From assembly GCA_013239625.1 (NCBI GenBank), contig MU053557.1, positions 131,063 through 195,062 on the forward strand: 64,000 nt of DNA, read 5' to 3'. This document shows, piece after piece, positions 24,656-37,744 of this stretch (position 1 is its first letter; the number at the start of each line of letters is the position of its first letter). Under the pieces are notes generated by a model. It saw only the letters and a program-made list of their open reading frames with translations. It made no database searches and was not told the origin of the DNA. Both the position numbers and the translations under genes were made by a program. Origin of the DNA: Lama guanicoe (Eukaryota).

Positions 24656-26084
24656 AGTATGTGTAACTGTAGTTAATGGAAATAAACACCAATGGCAAAT
24701 TGAGGGATCATTTTGAATAAGACAAATAGACCAAGATAATTGCTAGCTAAAGAACAGGGCAAGAATGTTGCTTCCTTGTAGAAACACTGAGACAAGGAGA
24801 ATGCGCAAGAGCAGCAGTTTTAAGAAAAGTCTGGTGCAGCCGTGTGGAACCCCAGGCAGGAGCAATACATTCAGGATTCTATCAGGAAAGCAAAACAGTG
24901 AGATGATCTCAGTTATTGAGTTAACCGTGAGATTTCACCATCCACATTCTAGCCATGAGCAAGGCATTTATTTGAATTAGATAAGAAGATATAATGTCAT
25001 TTAAAGGAGGTCCAATAAATTTAATAACAGAGATAAATGAAACTGACAGTGATCTAACACTTTATAAATCTAAACATGGGACCAAGGTTAGACACAGAGA
25101 CCCTAGCTGTGGGTGAATAAGCTTGCGTGCAGCTTTTTACACCGCCAACCGGAGACTGGACATGATTTTTTTACGTTTCTTTCTCCTAACCAAGGACATT
25201 AAGAGTTAATTCAATTCCCTTTAAACCAAAGTGCAGGAGCAAGGAACAACCGTGAACCTTCCCTCCTCACACAGCAGCTCTGCTGGTAATTTAATCACTG
25301 AGTTGTGTGACTTGCCTGCGACAAACGGTGAAATACCTACAAGGTGGAAATCTGCCAGAGCCATTCCTCCCTAGGAAGGGGAGGACACGCTTAGCCTGTT
25401 CGCCTGTGCGTTCTGCCTGCCCGCCGTCTTCTGCTTCCTGCCCTCATTGGCTGAAATTGCTTCTGTATTAGGGGACATCGGGGGAACAGTTCTGGAGCGA
25501 GCAAGAGGGTAAAGTCACTGAAACATTGTAAGATATTCTTTTTCCCTCCCCACCCTTCCCCATCCCGCCTCGAACTTGCCAGCATGTAGCCTCATACAAG
25601 CTCCATCAGGCTGAAATGGTCGCAAGGAATGAATGTGAGATTCTACACGAGCTGGCTCCTTCCTCGTTGTTCAGCCTCATCTCATGCTTCTTTTTTACTT
25701 GCATGCTTCCCATGACATGGACATTTGGGATACAATTAATCTAGGCTGGTCTTCCTTTTCCTAATAGCTGAATCTTTTCATTCTTCCGTCTCAGCTTAGG
25801 CTGCATTTTCTTTTGGAAGCCTTCCTAGGTCATCTGAACGGTATTTGGTCTCCGTGTCACAAACTTCCAGAGCCCCATTCCAGAGCCTTCCTAGCACTAA
25901 ATCTGCTTCTTCTATCTTCTCTGCAAGATTAGAGGGTCTGGGAGGGCAGGCAGAGCATCTCTCCTGTCACCACTGTACTCCAGCATCCAGCATGATGCCT
26001 GGCATGTCACCTGCCCTCAGTCAATGTTTGCAGAATGAACGACTGCCTGCCTCAGTTTTCTTTTTGAAAAAGGTATTATAAAAT

Positions 26085-26510
26085 ATTTAAGACATACACA
26101 AACGTGTAAAGAAAAATAACACAACCTGCAGGTATCGACTATAGATACAAGTTTAAATGCCTGCTCACCACTCCCCGACTCTATTCTGCTCTTTAGAGGC
26201 AACCAGAAGTCTGAATTTGGTTACTACTTCCAACCATTTCTAAATACTTTCACTACACACATAGGGAAATTTACAGTATTCCGTGTGCTTTTCTATTTTG
26301 TCTAAGTGTTATGCCACATGTATCCTTCTGCAACTGGCATCTTTCAACTTTTTGTGATTCATTCACGCTGTGGAATTTAGCGAGAGGTTATTTATTTCAC
26401 TGCTGTGTAGTATTCCATTGTATGACTACCTCACTATTAATGTTCTCTTGTTGATGTGTTCTTTTCTAAATTTTTCCTATAACACAATACAATGAATAGC
26501 CTTAGGTGCA
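26085..26510 (-). mobile_element. Ancient L1ME-type 3' UTR
   Basis: agaggcaacca...tatccttctgcaact...gctgtgtagtattccattgtatg. Confidence 0.65.
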
Positions 26511-27061
26511 ATGTTTTTCTTCTTTCAGATAGCATTGTGGTATCCAGTAACTGGATCTTTTCATTATCCACTTGTCAAAACTGAGTTCACTGAACGCTGT
26601 ATGAGAGACAGATAACTGGACAACCCAGTTTATGTCTGTGTGAAAACATGTGTCTGGATTTTATGGGAAGAGCTGTGGAATAGTGACAACTGAAGGAGCA
26701 TGGATCTGGGAGTTAAACATAGGTGGACTTCTGTACCTACTCGATGGCTTAGCCATCGTGCCGCATTCAAAGACAAAGCCTCCAGGAACTCGCTCGCTTT
26801 GCAAACACAGGTTTCTTCCTATAATCCTATCCCCTGTAAAGGTCTCTCCACAACTGGGAAGGAGGTGAAGGAGCTGGGAGGAGGGACAACAGAACAACAT
26901 CCTTTCTGTTCTAGTAATCTGGGGAGGCTTCCTGGCGGGCATATGCCTGGAAAAGATGGGTGGAGATGAACAGACGGAATTTTGCTGTCATAGATTTCTT
27001 GTGTTGCTCTATATCCTCCACCTGTCACTCCAAGAGGTTTATTAGGTTCCTGCTACCAGGT

Positions 27062-27320
27062 AACATAGCACAGTGGCTTGGGAGCCAAACTCCAGAATCC
27101 CAGTTCTGCCACTTACCAGGTGTGGGCAAGTTATCTCGGACAAATTATTTAATCTTTCTGGATCTCAATGTCCTCATCTGTAAAATAGGTCTAATAATAG
27201 TACCTGTCTCATAGGGTCATTGTGGGGGTTAAGTAAATTAATTATTTCTGTCTCTATCTCTATATCTTAAGTAGTGGCTGGGCCATTGTAAGAGTTCAAA
27301 AAATATAAGTTGTTCTTATT
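27062..27320 (+). mobile_element. MIR, near full length
   Basis: catagcacagtgg...aatcccagttctgccacttacc...ctcatctgtaaaatagg...acctgtctcataggg. Confidence 0.85.
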
Positions 27321-28549
27321 ACTCTCTGCCAGGGACTGTAGTTGGTACTAAAAATAGTAGTCCTAAACTTAAAGACAGAGCTTTTCTGATAGGCTTTTCA
27401 GTTCCTCAGGGTTAAGAAAGGCTTGAAACAAAACAAAACAAAAGCATTGAGGTTATAATCTTCCTGGCCATGACGAAGAGCTAAACCTTGGTGATGCCTA
27501 GAACTGGTTTGGGAGGCAAAGACCTCAAACTATGTTTAATGGTAAAGAAAATAAACGCTATTATGAATCTGATAAATGAGACATCCTTTCCAAATGGAAA
27601 ACATCACAGTCATTTCAGTTCGGGCTTGGCCAGTGCTATTGGAGCAGCACAAATGGAACGTAATATAAAAGTATACACATAATGTACTGTTCTAAATTCA
27701 AAGAGCACATTTCTCTTACATGGCTATTCCCTGAAATTTTCCAACTGATGATGCATAGAATGAGGCAGTCATTAAGCTAAAAATGAACAACAGTAAAACA
27801 GAGGAGGGATCGCAAGGCCTGACAGAGTTGAAATTTTACAGGCAATCGGAATGGAGTGGGGTGTAGGAAATTGTGTTGGCCCTCTTACTTTATAGGAAGA
27901 GTAAACCTACTGAGGTTTGGAGTTCACATATAAACATCTTTAAAGAAACTTAAAAAAAAAAAAGGATGTCCATAGATGGAAAACTTCACATGTTTTCTCA
28001 ATAGCCCATTGTTCAGCCAGGCTCCTAAGAAAATGACTTTTGTGCAACCTACATTCCTCACTGCAGCCAACGTCTGCCTAAAAGACGCCGCTGCTACTGT
28101 AGAACCCCCTCCCACGTAACTCGGATTCTTGGGGAGTGGGCTGGTTTTATTGCTGCTGTTTCAGTTGTTCTGCTTAGCTTGGACTAAGAAGAAAATGTAT
28201 TTCAAGCTCTCTGTTCACCAGCTTTTTGGGGGTGGACGGAAGGCTTAGAAATCAGTAGAGAGAAAATATTCTAATTTGGGAATAATTCAGGACTCTGTAG
28301 GGCTTCGGGGCTCAGCAGGAGAAAGATGGTTATGACCCGGCAGGACGGTAGGTGAAGAAAGTTGAGAAGACGTGACCTGATCTTCCTTCCTGCCACCTCT
28401 ATCTGGGAAGTAGTGCTTTCCATGGGGGTGGGGAGGATAGAAAGACGCTCAATATCAGAGCCTTTCCTCACGAGCTGAGGGTGAAAAATGAAAAAAAAAA
28501 AAAAGCAATTCTAGTAAGCTTGAGGATTGTGACACGACTTCTAGTTGAC

Positions 28550-30095
28550 TTTTTTTAACACCTCTATTGAAATATAATTTATGTATCATGAAAGTTACCT
28601 ATTTAAAATGTACAATACAAAGGTTTTCAGTATATTCACAGAGTTGTGCAACCATCACCACAATTTTAGAATATTTTCTTCATCCCAAAAAGAAAGGCCA
28701 TGCCTATTAGCAGCCACTCCCCACCCCTGCCCCAACCTCAGGCAACCACCAGTCTACTTTCTGTCTCTATTCTGGACAGTTCACATAAATGGAATCATAT
28801 AAAATGTGGTCTTCAGTGATTAACCTCTTTCACTCAGGATGATGTTTTCGGGTTTCATTGATGGTATAGGATGTGTTGGTACTTGAGTTTTTTTATTGAT
28901 GTATAATATGCTTTTACAGTCTGCCCCCTGCATATCTTTGGGTTTTGTATCTGCAGATTTGACCAATTGTGGGTAGCAAATATCGGAAAAAAAGATTTCC
29001 AGAGAGTTCCGAAAAGCAAAACTCGAATTTGCCGCAGGCTGGCAACTATTTACATAGCATATAGATTTTGTTTACAACCACTTACATAGCATTTATATTG
29101 TATTAAGTATTATGAATAATCTAGAGATGATTTAAGGTATACGGGAGAATATGCACAGGTGATATGCAGATATTATGCCATTTTATATAAGAGCCTTTTT
29201 CATCCCAGGATTTTGGTACCTTCTGGGGATCATGCAGCCAATACCCCATGGATACCAAGGGACAACTGTACATGGATATAATATATTTCATTTATCCATG
29301 CATTAGTTGATGAACATTTAGGTTGTTTCCACTTTTTGGCTGTTATGAATAATGCTTCTAGGAACATTTGTGTACAAGTTTTTGTGTAGACATCTATTTT
29401 CATTTCTCTTAGGCTGATAGCTTAGAGTTGAATTGCTGGTTCGTATGGTAGATCTCTGTTTATCATTTTGAGGAACCACCTAACTGTTTTCCAAAGTGGC
29501 TGCACCATTTTATCTTCCCACCAGCAATGTATGCTCCAATCTCCTCGTCTTTGCCCAGCATTTGTTATTATCTGTCTTTTTTTGTGGCCATCCTCATGAC
29601 TGTGAAGTGGCATCTCATTGAGGTTTTGATTTTCTTGTCCTTAATGACTAATGTTGTTGAGCATCTTTTCGTATGCTTTTGGCCATCTGTATATCTTCTT
29701 TGGAGAAATGTCTATTTAAAAACTGCCCATTTAAAAATTACGCTATTTGTTTTTTAATCATTGTTTTGTAAATTTCTTTATATATTCTGGATACAAGACC
29801 CTTGTCAGATATACATGATTTGCAAATATTTTCTTCTATTTTGAGGGCTGTTTTTCCAATTTCTTGATAGTGTCCTTTGAGTCATAACCAGTTTTAATTT
29901 TGATGAAATTCAATTTGTTTATTTTTTGATTGCTTGTGCTTTTGATGCCATTTGTAAGAAACTTGCCTATACTACTGTCACAAATTTGCATTATGTTTTC
30001 TTCTAACAATCTTACAGTTTTAGCTCTTACATTTAAGTCTATGATCCATTTTGAGTTAATTTTGCATATAATGCAAAGGAGGGGTCTGACTTCAT
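28550..30095 (-). mobile_element. L1MB-type 3' portion, interrupted by MER2B
   Basis: T-tail, gttgtgcaaccatcaccaca; ORF 29422..29613 contains L1 ORF2 motif HCWW...VQPLWKTV. Confidence 0.9.
28917..29268. mobile_element. MER2B-like Tigger MITE, full length
   Basis: TA-cagt...actg-TA termini with imperfect TIRs; internal aaaagcaaaactcgaatttgc. Confidence 0.85.
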
Positions 30096-30096
30096 T

Positions 30097-30293
30097 GTCT
30101 GACCCGTGAACAATGTGGAGGTTGGGGTGCCGACCCTCTCTCAGTTGAAAATCCTTGGATAACTTTACAGCCAGCCCTCTGTATCTGTGGCTCCATATCT
30201 GGCAGATTCAACCATCCACAGATGGTGTAGCGAAAAATCTGCATGTGAGCGGACCCTCGCAGTGCAAACCCTGTGTTATTCAAGGGTCAACTG
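30097..30293. mobile_element. MER8-like (Tigger2) MITE
   Basis: Right TIR ttcaagggtcaactg followed by TA; left TIR degraded (tctgacccgtgaacaa). Confidence 0.8.
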
Positions 30294-30619
30294 TACTTTT
30301 AGAAATTAGAGCTAAGTATTAAAAAAGTTAGCTACAAAACACACATGTGTGTGATATGAAAAACTGATTTTGTGGAATTTTTTTTCCTTCCCTTGTAATT
30401 TGTTTGACTTTGGTTCAAACTGTTTTTCGTGTATTCGTCGACTTGTTTCATTCGTTTATCAGTGATGCGCTGAGTGTGTATCAGGCAGCAGTGGACGGAC
30501 AGTGAGGAATGTGATAGTGGGTGGATTTGACCTGAGGCTAGTCGTGTTCTTGGTAGAGAGAACGACACAGGAGGTATAGGAGAGGGACGAGAGCAGCTTC
30601 AGCAGACTCTTACACCTTC

Positions 30620-31160
30620 TGCCCTCTTCCCCTCTAACACACCAGTATTTCTTAATACATCAGGGTCTTCAGTTATGCTGTCCCCTCCATCTGAAATGCT
30701 TTCCCCTTTTCTCCTCTCCTGCTTAAGTCCTACTCACTTCAGCTCTCAGCGGAACCATCACTTTCTCAGGGAAAATTTCCCTGATCCCCCGGGTCAGCTC
30801 CTCCCGTTCAACACATGCACAGGGCCCTCTCTTTCAGCTCTGTACTACTTTCCATAGTGGTAGTGGACTGATTAACTGGGTAACTGGTGGCTTATTGAAC
30901 ATTTCCTCTGCTGTTGTGATAGCTTCTACAGGATGGGTATGGTGTCTTTTCATGTGCACAATGACATAGTACTTAAGAGAGCGAACTCCAGACTCAACAG
31001 ACAGACCTGGTGAGAATCCCAAGCTATATTTAACAGCTATGAATTTCTGTTTTCCCACCTATAAAGGAGGGATAATAATGGCACCTGCCTCACAGGGCTT
31101 TTTTTGAGAATGAAAGAATAATAGTGCGTGAAGTGCCCAGCACGGTGCTTGGCATGTGGC
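30620..31160 (+). mobile_element. L2 fragment followed by MIR
   Basis: tcctactcacttcagctctcagc (L2); ctgttttcccacctataaa...cctcacaggg...cagcacggtgcttggcatg (MIR). Confidence 0.6.
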
Positions 31161-33409
31161 AGTCGGCTGGTTAAGATCCACTGAACGGGTGAAGGCACCA
31201 GCCCTGTTGCGGGGGTTGGGGGGCATCTGCCGCTCCCAGTGGACTCCTGTGGGAACGTGCTCTTCCCGTGGCTGGGGAGGGAGGCTGAATGCCTGCGTGG
31301 CCCAGTGACTCCTTGATCGCATTCTGGAATCCCAGGCATTCCCTCAGCATCCTGGGTTGAGGTCAAAGCACCCTGATAATGAGGGTGGGGGGAGGTGATG
31401 TCTTTCTGAGGCATCGTCTATGAAAGCCGCTGAAAACAATGAGTCAAACTACAGCTCTGTATTTCCGCTGAATACCAAACAGCCACTTTGGTCAATTTAA
31501 AGAAAGAATTTGTATGCCAGCATTATTATAGTTCAGTGTTTAACATACTGCTTAAGGGGGGAGGCCCCCGAGTCCCCCTTCTAGCCCCTCCACTCACCAT
31601 CTAGACAAGTTCCACAGCCGAATGGAGCCTCAGGCGCCTCCCCTGTAGAAGGGGACTATGCTGGCGTCTTCACCGTGGGTTTGCTGAGCAGGTTCGGTGG
31701 GAGAGTGCACGGGCAGCACTTAGCTCTGTGCCTGGCACCTCCCGTGGGCTCAGAGAACTTGAGTTCCTTCCAGTTGTTAGTGTTGGAGAGGCTCTGGTTT
31801 CTTATTATGAGACATCTAAATCCCAAAGTATTAGTTTCATTAAACCCTTGACAATCTTCCAAGGAGAATGGGAAACAAAGGGCACATAAAACACCCGTTT
31901 AGAGCTATTTTATTGTAAGCTACAGTTAATCGGCTTGCTAAATTTTCCATTCATTCCCACGAAGTCATAATTAGGAAAACAAACACCCTCTGTGTGTCTC
32001 TCTGTGTGTGTGTTATTTGGAGGTAGTTAAAATTCAGCCAACTTATTTTTGTCTGAGTTTGCAGAACATGATATAAATCAATCTCCTGAGCATTTCAATT
32101 GCTCCAAATTAAGGTAAAAAGTCAGTTTCCATTCATCTCATTCCTGATCTTCAGGGAAATTTCTTCTGCTTTAGGTCTTCCACAGACATTTTTCCTCTAT
32201 CCCTGAAGAAAGCTGGAAGCTCTGCTCCTTTTTTTCCTTCTTTCCTCCCTCCTCCCCGTTCCTCTGTCCCCCCTTTTCCTTCCTTTCTTCTCTCTCTTCC
32301 TGTAAAGTGACAGCATTGCATCACTATGTCATATGAGGATAATTAAAATGAAATCGACTTCACAGGGCTGTTGGGAGAATTAAACAAGACATGTTGGTTC
32401 CCTAACGCAGTGCCTGGTATGTAGTACGCACTTCTACGTGTTGGCCATGATTCTTATAATTCTCTGAAAAAAGGCAAGCTATTTCTTTCTTTTCCCTTGG
32501 TTCTTCCGTCTTGTCTTTTCAAACTCCCAATTCTCGGGAAAAATTTGCCTGTATTTCTTCCCCTAGTTCTTTCCACTGAGGCTGGCTAGTGGCTGCCCGT
32601 CAAGGCAGAGAGCGTGTGATTGCTAATAAACATTTGTGTACGAGATGCCTCTGGAGCCAGGCATCGGGCCAGTGTCTTAGACGAGAACTGGTTCTTGGCT
32701 GGGGTGTGCTCACGGCAGTGGTTAGTGTCTGCTGAGGGCCTGGCTGCCGCTGTCATGGACAGCCCGTCCCAAGGGTGCTGGGGCAATGGCCGTTGCTGTA
32801 AAGCAGATGGGCAAAGGCAGGCTACGAAGCAAGACCCGTTTCCATAGGGATGGGTCAATACTCCCAGGGTCAATTGTGAGTGCCTGCAGCCTTGTGCACC
32901 ATATTAAGTAGCATCAATGGATCTCTGAAGTTCAATGTTTTAAATTAATGCATAGGGAGAGGCCAAATTCAATTCTTCATCTTCTGATTGTCAGTTGTTT
33001 AGCCTGTTAGAGAGGTTTCTCTCTGGTCCTAAGGACCAGGGCGATAAGAAAAGTAGGAAAGATGCTTGTGTTCTTCTCTGACTCTTCCCCTGAGCCTTAC
33101 CTGGGAGAACAGTGGCCCTTAACTTTAGAGAGCATCTGAATCAATTGCCTTGCTGAATGCAGATTTCTAAGACGTGTGCCCACCCCAAACCCTGGAAACA
33201 CATCAGACTCGGACTCAGTAAGTCTTGCAGGGAGACACTGCTTCTTGAGAAGCACCCTAGGTTTACCACTTTAATAACCCTTTCCTCGTCTGTGGTCTAT
33301 TTCGCCTCCCTCTGTTGGGGTGGAGGCTGTTGGAAGGCAGGGCCCTGTCTATGCTGTCTACTGCTGCATCCTCGTGGCCTGCCTTCGAGGAACGGATGGA
33401 AGTGCGGGC

Positions 33410-33552
33410 TAGCGTCTCTCAGACTTCAATCTGCATACGAATCACACGAGCTTGTGCAAAGGCACATTCTCATTTATTCAGCCTGGAGGAGGGTCCAAGA
33501 GCTCGCAATTCTGTCTCCCAGGCAACGCTGCTGGAGGTCCCTGCTCTGAGTA
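33410..33552. mobile_element. MER5B-like MITE
   Basis: tctcagacttcaatctgcatacgaatcac...ctctgagtag. Confidence 0.5.
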
Positions 33553-33559
33553 GGCAGGG

Positions 33560-34050
33560 TCTCTAAGACCACAACTGGGATCAGATGCCTGGGTTTGAAT
33601 CCTGCTTCCACCCCAGCTAGTGGGGAGGCCCCGGGATGTGCTCCTCCCCTGTGAAGGGGGGCCAGTGACAGCACTCCCACACAGGGTCCCGTAAGGACAC
33701 TTAGGACCTAACACACTGGAAGCAGGTAGCCTCAACATGGTGAGTGCACAATTAATATTAACCATTATTATAATTATTATGAATAATACTAAGAAGTTAA
33801 ATCTTGGTCATGATTTAAGAAACTGGCATTGTGGCCAACACACAGGGTTTAGCATCAGATTGCCTGGGTTTACATCCTGGCACCACCACTTATCAGCTGT
33901 TATGACGTTGGGTGAGCCTCTTAACCTCTCCAAGCCACAGTTTCCTCGTCTGTAAAATGGGTAAAATAATGGCATCTACCTCCTATGGTTGCTGGGAAGA
34001 TTGGACAAGATACTGCCTCCAAACTCCTTGCAGGTACCAGGCCTACGGGA
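33560..34050 (+). mobile_element. Two tandem MIR fragments
   Basis: tgcctgggtttgaatcctgct; tgcctgggtttacatcctggcacc...cagtttcctcgtctgtaaaatggg. Confidence 0.75.
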
Positions 34051-34171
34051 GCCCTTTTCACGATTACCATGGATCAGTTGTAGCTGGGGAACTTTGGTGT
34101 GAGCTTATAAATGTCTGGGACCTCTGGCCTGGCTACTCCAAACTACTGGTCAGGTGCAAACATGTGTGGCT

Positions 34172-35020
34172 AAACAAGCACATGAAAAGATGCTCAACAT
34201 CACTAATTATCAGAGAAATGCCAGTCAAAACTGCAATGAGATGTCACCTGACACCAGCCAGAATGGCCATCAATAAGAAGTCTACTGGAGATGATAAATG
34301 CTGGAGAGGGTGTGGAGCAAAAGGAACCCTCCTACGCTGTTGGTAGGAATATAAATTGGTGCAGCCACTATGGAAGACAGTATGGAGGTTCCTCAAAAAA
34401 CTAAAAATAGACTTACCATGTAATCCAGCAATCCCACTCCTGAGCATATACCCGGAGAAAAATATAATTCAAAAAGACACCTGCACCCCAATGTTCACAG
34501 CAGCACTATTTACAATAGCCGAGACATGGAAACAACCTAAATGTCCATTGACAGATGACTGGATAAAGAAGATGTGCTCTCTATATATACAATGGAATAT
34601 TAGTCAGCCATAAAAAAGAATAAAATAATGCCATTTGCAGCAACATGGATGGATCTGGAGATCATCATTCTAAGTGAAGTAAGCCAGAAAGAGAAAGAAA
34701 AATGTCATATGATATCACTTATATGCAGAATCAGAAAAAAAAAGGACACAAATGAACTTATCTACAAAACAGAAACAGACTCACAGATATAGAGGACAAA
34801 AATGGTTACCAGGGGGTAAAAGGGGTGGAAAGAGATAAAATGGGAATTTGAAAATTACACCTCATGGGGAGTGATGGAAATGTTAGCTATCTTCATTGTG
34901 GCAGTGGTTTCATTAGTGTATATATCTGTCAAAACTCATCAAATTGTGCATTTGAAATATGTGAAGTTATGTGAAGTTTACTGTAAAGGAAGCAGACCAC
35001 AGTAAAGGTGTTAAAAAAAA
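34172..35020 (+). mobile_element. Camelid L1 3' part with chimeric ancient-type tail (copy B)
   Basis: ORF2 C-terminus ([35 protein letters not shown]), poly(A), imperfect TSD 34158-34171 / 35021-35034. Confidence 0.92.
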
Positions 35021-35084
35021 AAACACGCCTGGCTGGTCCCAGACCGTCAGTGTAGCTGCCACCCTGCAGCTGTTCCTTTAGAGT

Positions 35085-35290
35085 AATCGCAGTTGCGCTG
35101 ACTAGCTGTGTGTCTTTGAAGAATTATCTAACATCTGTGGGCCTCACTTTCCTGATTGGTAAATGGGAGAAGCAAACAGTAGCTGCCTCATGGCATTATT
35201 ATATGCATATAAAACAAAGAATAATTAGAACAGAATTTGGCACATGGTAAGTACTCGATAGATGTTAGCTGTAATAGCAATTACTATTAT
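35085..35290 (+). mobile_element. MIR
   Basis: actagctgtgtgtcttt...cctcactttcctgattggtaaatggg...tggcacatggtaagtactc. Confidence 0.7.
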
Positions 35291-35479
35291 TGTTAGATTA
35301 TCATTATATTGTAATATAGTGTATAAAGGAGCCCTTAGCTGTGACAATAATTATAGTATAGTTTCATATTATGCAAAGTGTGTGTTATACTAATTAATAT
35401 CGCGTGTTAATACTTATAGTGATACTGTAATAGTTTGCATTATTTTTATCTGAAAATGTATTTTACCTTTATTTAAAGA

Positions 35480-36090
35480 CATTTAAAAATTATGGTAAGC
35501 TACACATAACATAATATTTACCATCTTAAACACTTTTTTTTTGAGTTATAGTCAGTTTGCAGAGTTGTGTCAATTTCTGGTGTAGAGCATAATTTTTCAG
35601 TCATGTATGAATATACATATATTCATTTTCATATTCTTTTCCACTATAAGCTACTACAAGATCCTTAACCACTTTTAAGTGTACAGTTCAGTGGCATTGA
35701 GTATATTCACACTGTTGTGCAACCATCACCACCGTCCATCTCCAAAATACTTTTCATCTTGCAGAACTGAAACTCAGCACCTATTAGACAGTAATGCCAC
35801 ATTATTCCCTTCCCCCAGAGCCTGGCAGCCTCCATCCTGCTCTCTGTGAATTCATCTGCTCTAGGTACCTCACATGAATGGAATCGTACGGTATTTGTCC
35901 CTTGTGACTGGCTTCTTTCACTTAGCACAATGTCCTCAAGGTTCATCCATGCTGTAGCATGTATTAGAGTTTCCTTACTTTTCAAGGCTAAACAATATTC
36001 CATGGAACGTAAACCACATTTTGTTTATCCATTCATCCATCAATGGACACCTGGGTGGCTCCCGCCTTTCAGCCACTGTGAGTAATGCTG
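35480..36090 (-). mobile_element. L1MB-type 3' end, interrupted by a young L1 tip
   Basis: gtgtacagttcagtggcattgagtatattcacactgttgtgcaacc; ORF 35707..36003 contains ORF2 end (ATAWMNLEDIVLSE). Confidence 0.88.
35538..35663 (-). mobile_element. Short camelid L1 3' tip
   Basis: T-tail then gagttatagtcagtttgcagagttgtgtcaatttctggtg; TSD cttaaacactttt (35525-35537) / cttaaccactttt (35664-35676). Confidence 0.85.
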
Positions 36091-36974
36091 CAGCTGCACA
36101 GACCACTTCCGAATCCCTCAAACGTGCCATGCTCTTGCTCCTTATCTGGAACTTTGCCCATGCTCTTTCCTCTCTCCCTCTCCTCCACTCTGACCCCTAT
36201 TGCCTTTCTAACCCTATTGACTCTTCATGTCCCATCCAAGATATCTTCTCCAAGAACACTGGTTCCCTGAGCTCCAGCAATCCCCTGCACACAGCCCAGC
36301 CAGGGCACCTGACACCCGGTACTGTTGCACTAATCCTATCTCCCACACACTGAGCTGTGAGCTCCAGGAGGCCAGATGGAGGTCTCTGGGGGAGCTGAGT
36401 GAAAAGAATTAATGAAACAGGTAATTAAACATACACCTGTGTGTGGGGTGACTTTCCACCTAAAGGACTGCTACTTTGCACCCCCAGTCTCAGGCACCCT
36501 GGAGAACCCTGCTACAACGTACATCAGTGCATCCTGGAAAGGATGTTAGCTCCTGAGTGCTGTATTTATCTCCCAGCACCACTTGTAGTCTACCAAATGC
36601 CACGACTGACTTAGCTTCTCAGGACTCTGATTCAGCTTTTAGATGGAGCCATGAAGATTTTCAGATATACGTTCTTGTTCTGGACTCCTGGCCAGAAGTT
36701 CTGTCAACAGCACGCTAGACTGACTGGCCTTTCTTCTTCCTCAAATCACTCTCTCCATCCTCATTAGCAACTCTCTATCCTGATTCTCACAATGGCATAG
36801 TTGTCTCCCTTTCATTCCCAATGAGTTGTAATTAGCTATTGGCCTTGCTAGGTGGCTCATCGCTCAGAAAGGCTATGTTCTCAGTGATAAGATGCTTCTG
36901 TGCTATTTTGATTCAATCCATCAACCTTCCTGCCAAATTAATTCCTCTCGGATTAATGGAAGACTCATGGCTCT

Positions 36975-37215
36975 AATAGTAAACATTTATTAAGTGTTTC
37001 TCTGTGCCAGGCACTTTGTAAGTGTTTACCTGGGTTATCGGATTTAATTTTTATGCCCACCCTGTTAAATTGAAACTGCTATATCCCGTTTGTAGCTGAG
37101 GAAATTGAGGCACAGAGAGATTAAATAATTAGCTCAAGGCACGCAGAAAGAAAGTGACAAAACAGGAACTCAAATTCAGCTCTGCAAAACCTCAAAGGCT
37201 GCGCTCTTAACCATG
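36975..37215 (-). mobile_element. MIR, near full length
   Basis: ctgtgccaggcactttg...gaggaaattgaggcacagagagattaaataa...gctcttaacc. Confidence 0.85.
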
Positions 37216-37743
37216 AGGTTCCATCACTGACCTATAATTTTCAGTTATTATAATGTCCTGATTTGAAAGCACCAGGTACACTCAAAAATATACACTTTGT
37301 ACCCAAAGTGACTTAGCTACTGTGATCTTCCTAAACCCATGCTTTTCATATTACATCCTAGCTTACATTTTGTCTTTTGTTTGAAAAGTAAATGGGACAG
37401 AAACATTTCATTTTTTCCTCTTCTTCCTTTTGGAATAGGGCACTATTTTGTTCATTTTGGATGAATGCAGAAGGTTATAAGATTGTCAGTGGATGGTTAG
37501 CTGGTTAGCCAAACTGATACCTGGTCAATCAAGATTAATCTGATGATTTTTTTTTAATGGGAGCCACTCTGCTCCTCTTTGATTCCAGAGATCCGGCCTA
37601 ACCCATACCATCTACTCAGCAAAAAATATTCTTATATATGAGAGGGATTAACAGTCAGTCTGGATAGCTCTGTGTACAAATCCATTTCTGTTATTGAACA
37701 AAATACCCCAATAAGCTCACTAACCTGGCTCCATTGCCCCCCC

Positions 37744-37744
<1 letters not shown>

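Noticed and set aside
33912..34613. ORFs with protein-like sequence (also 57960..58703 and 59690..59992)
   Set aside because: Frameshifted L1 ORF2 remnants, not host genes or intact retrotransposons.
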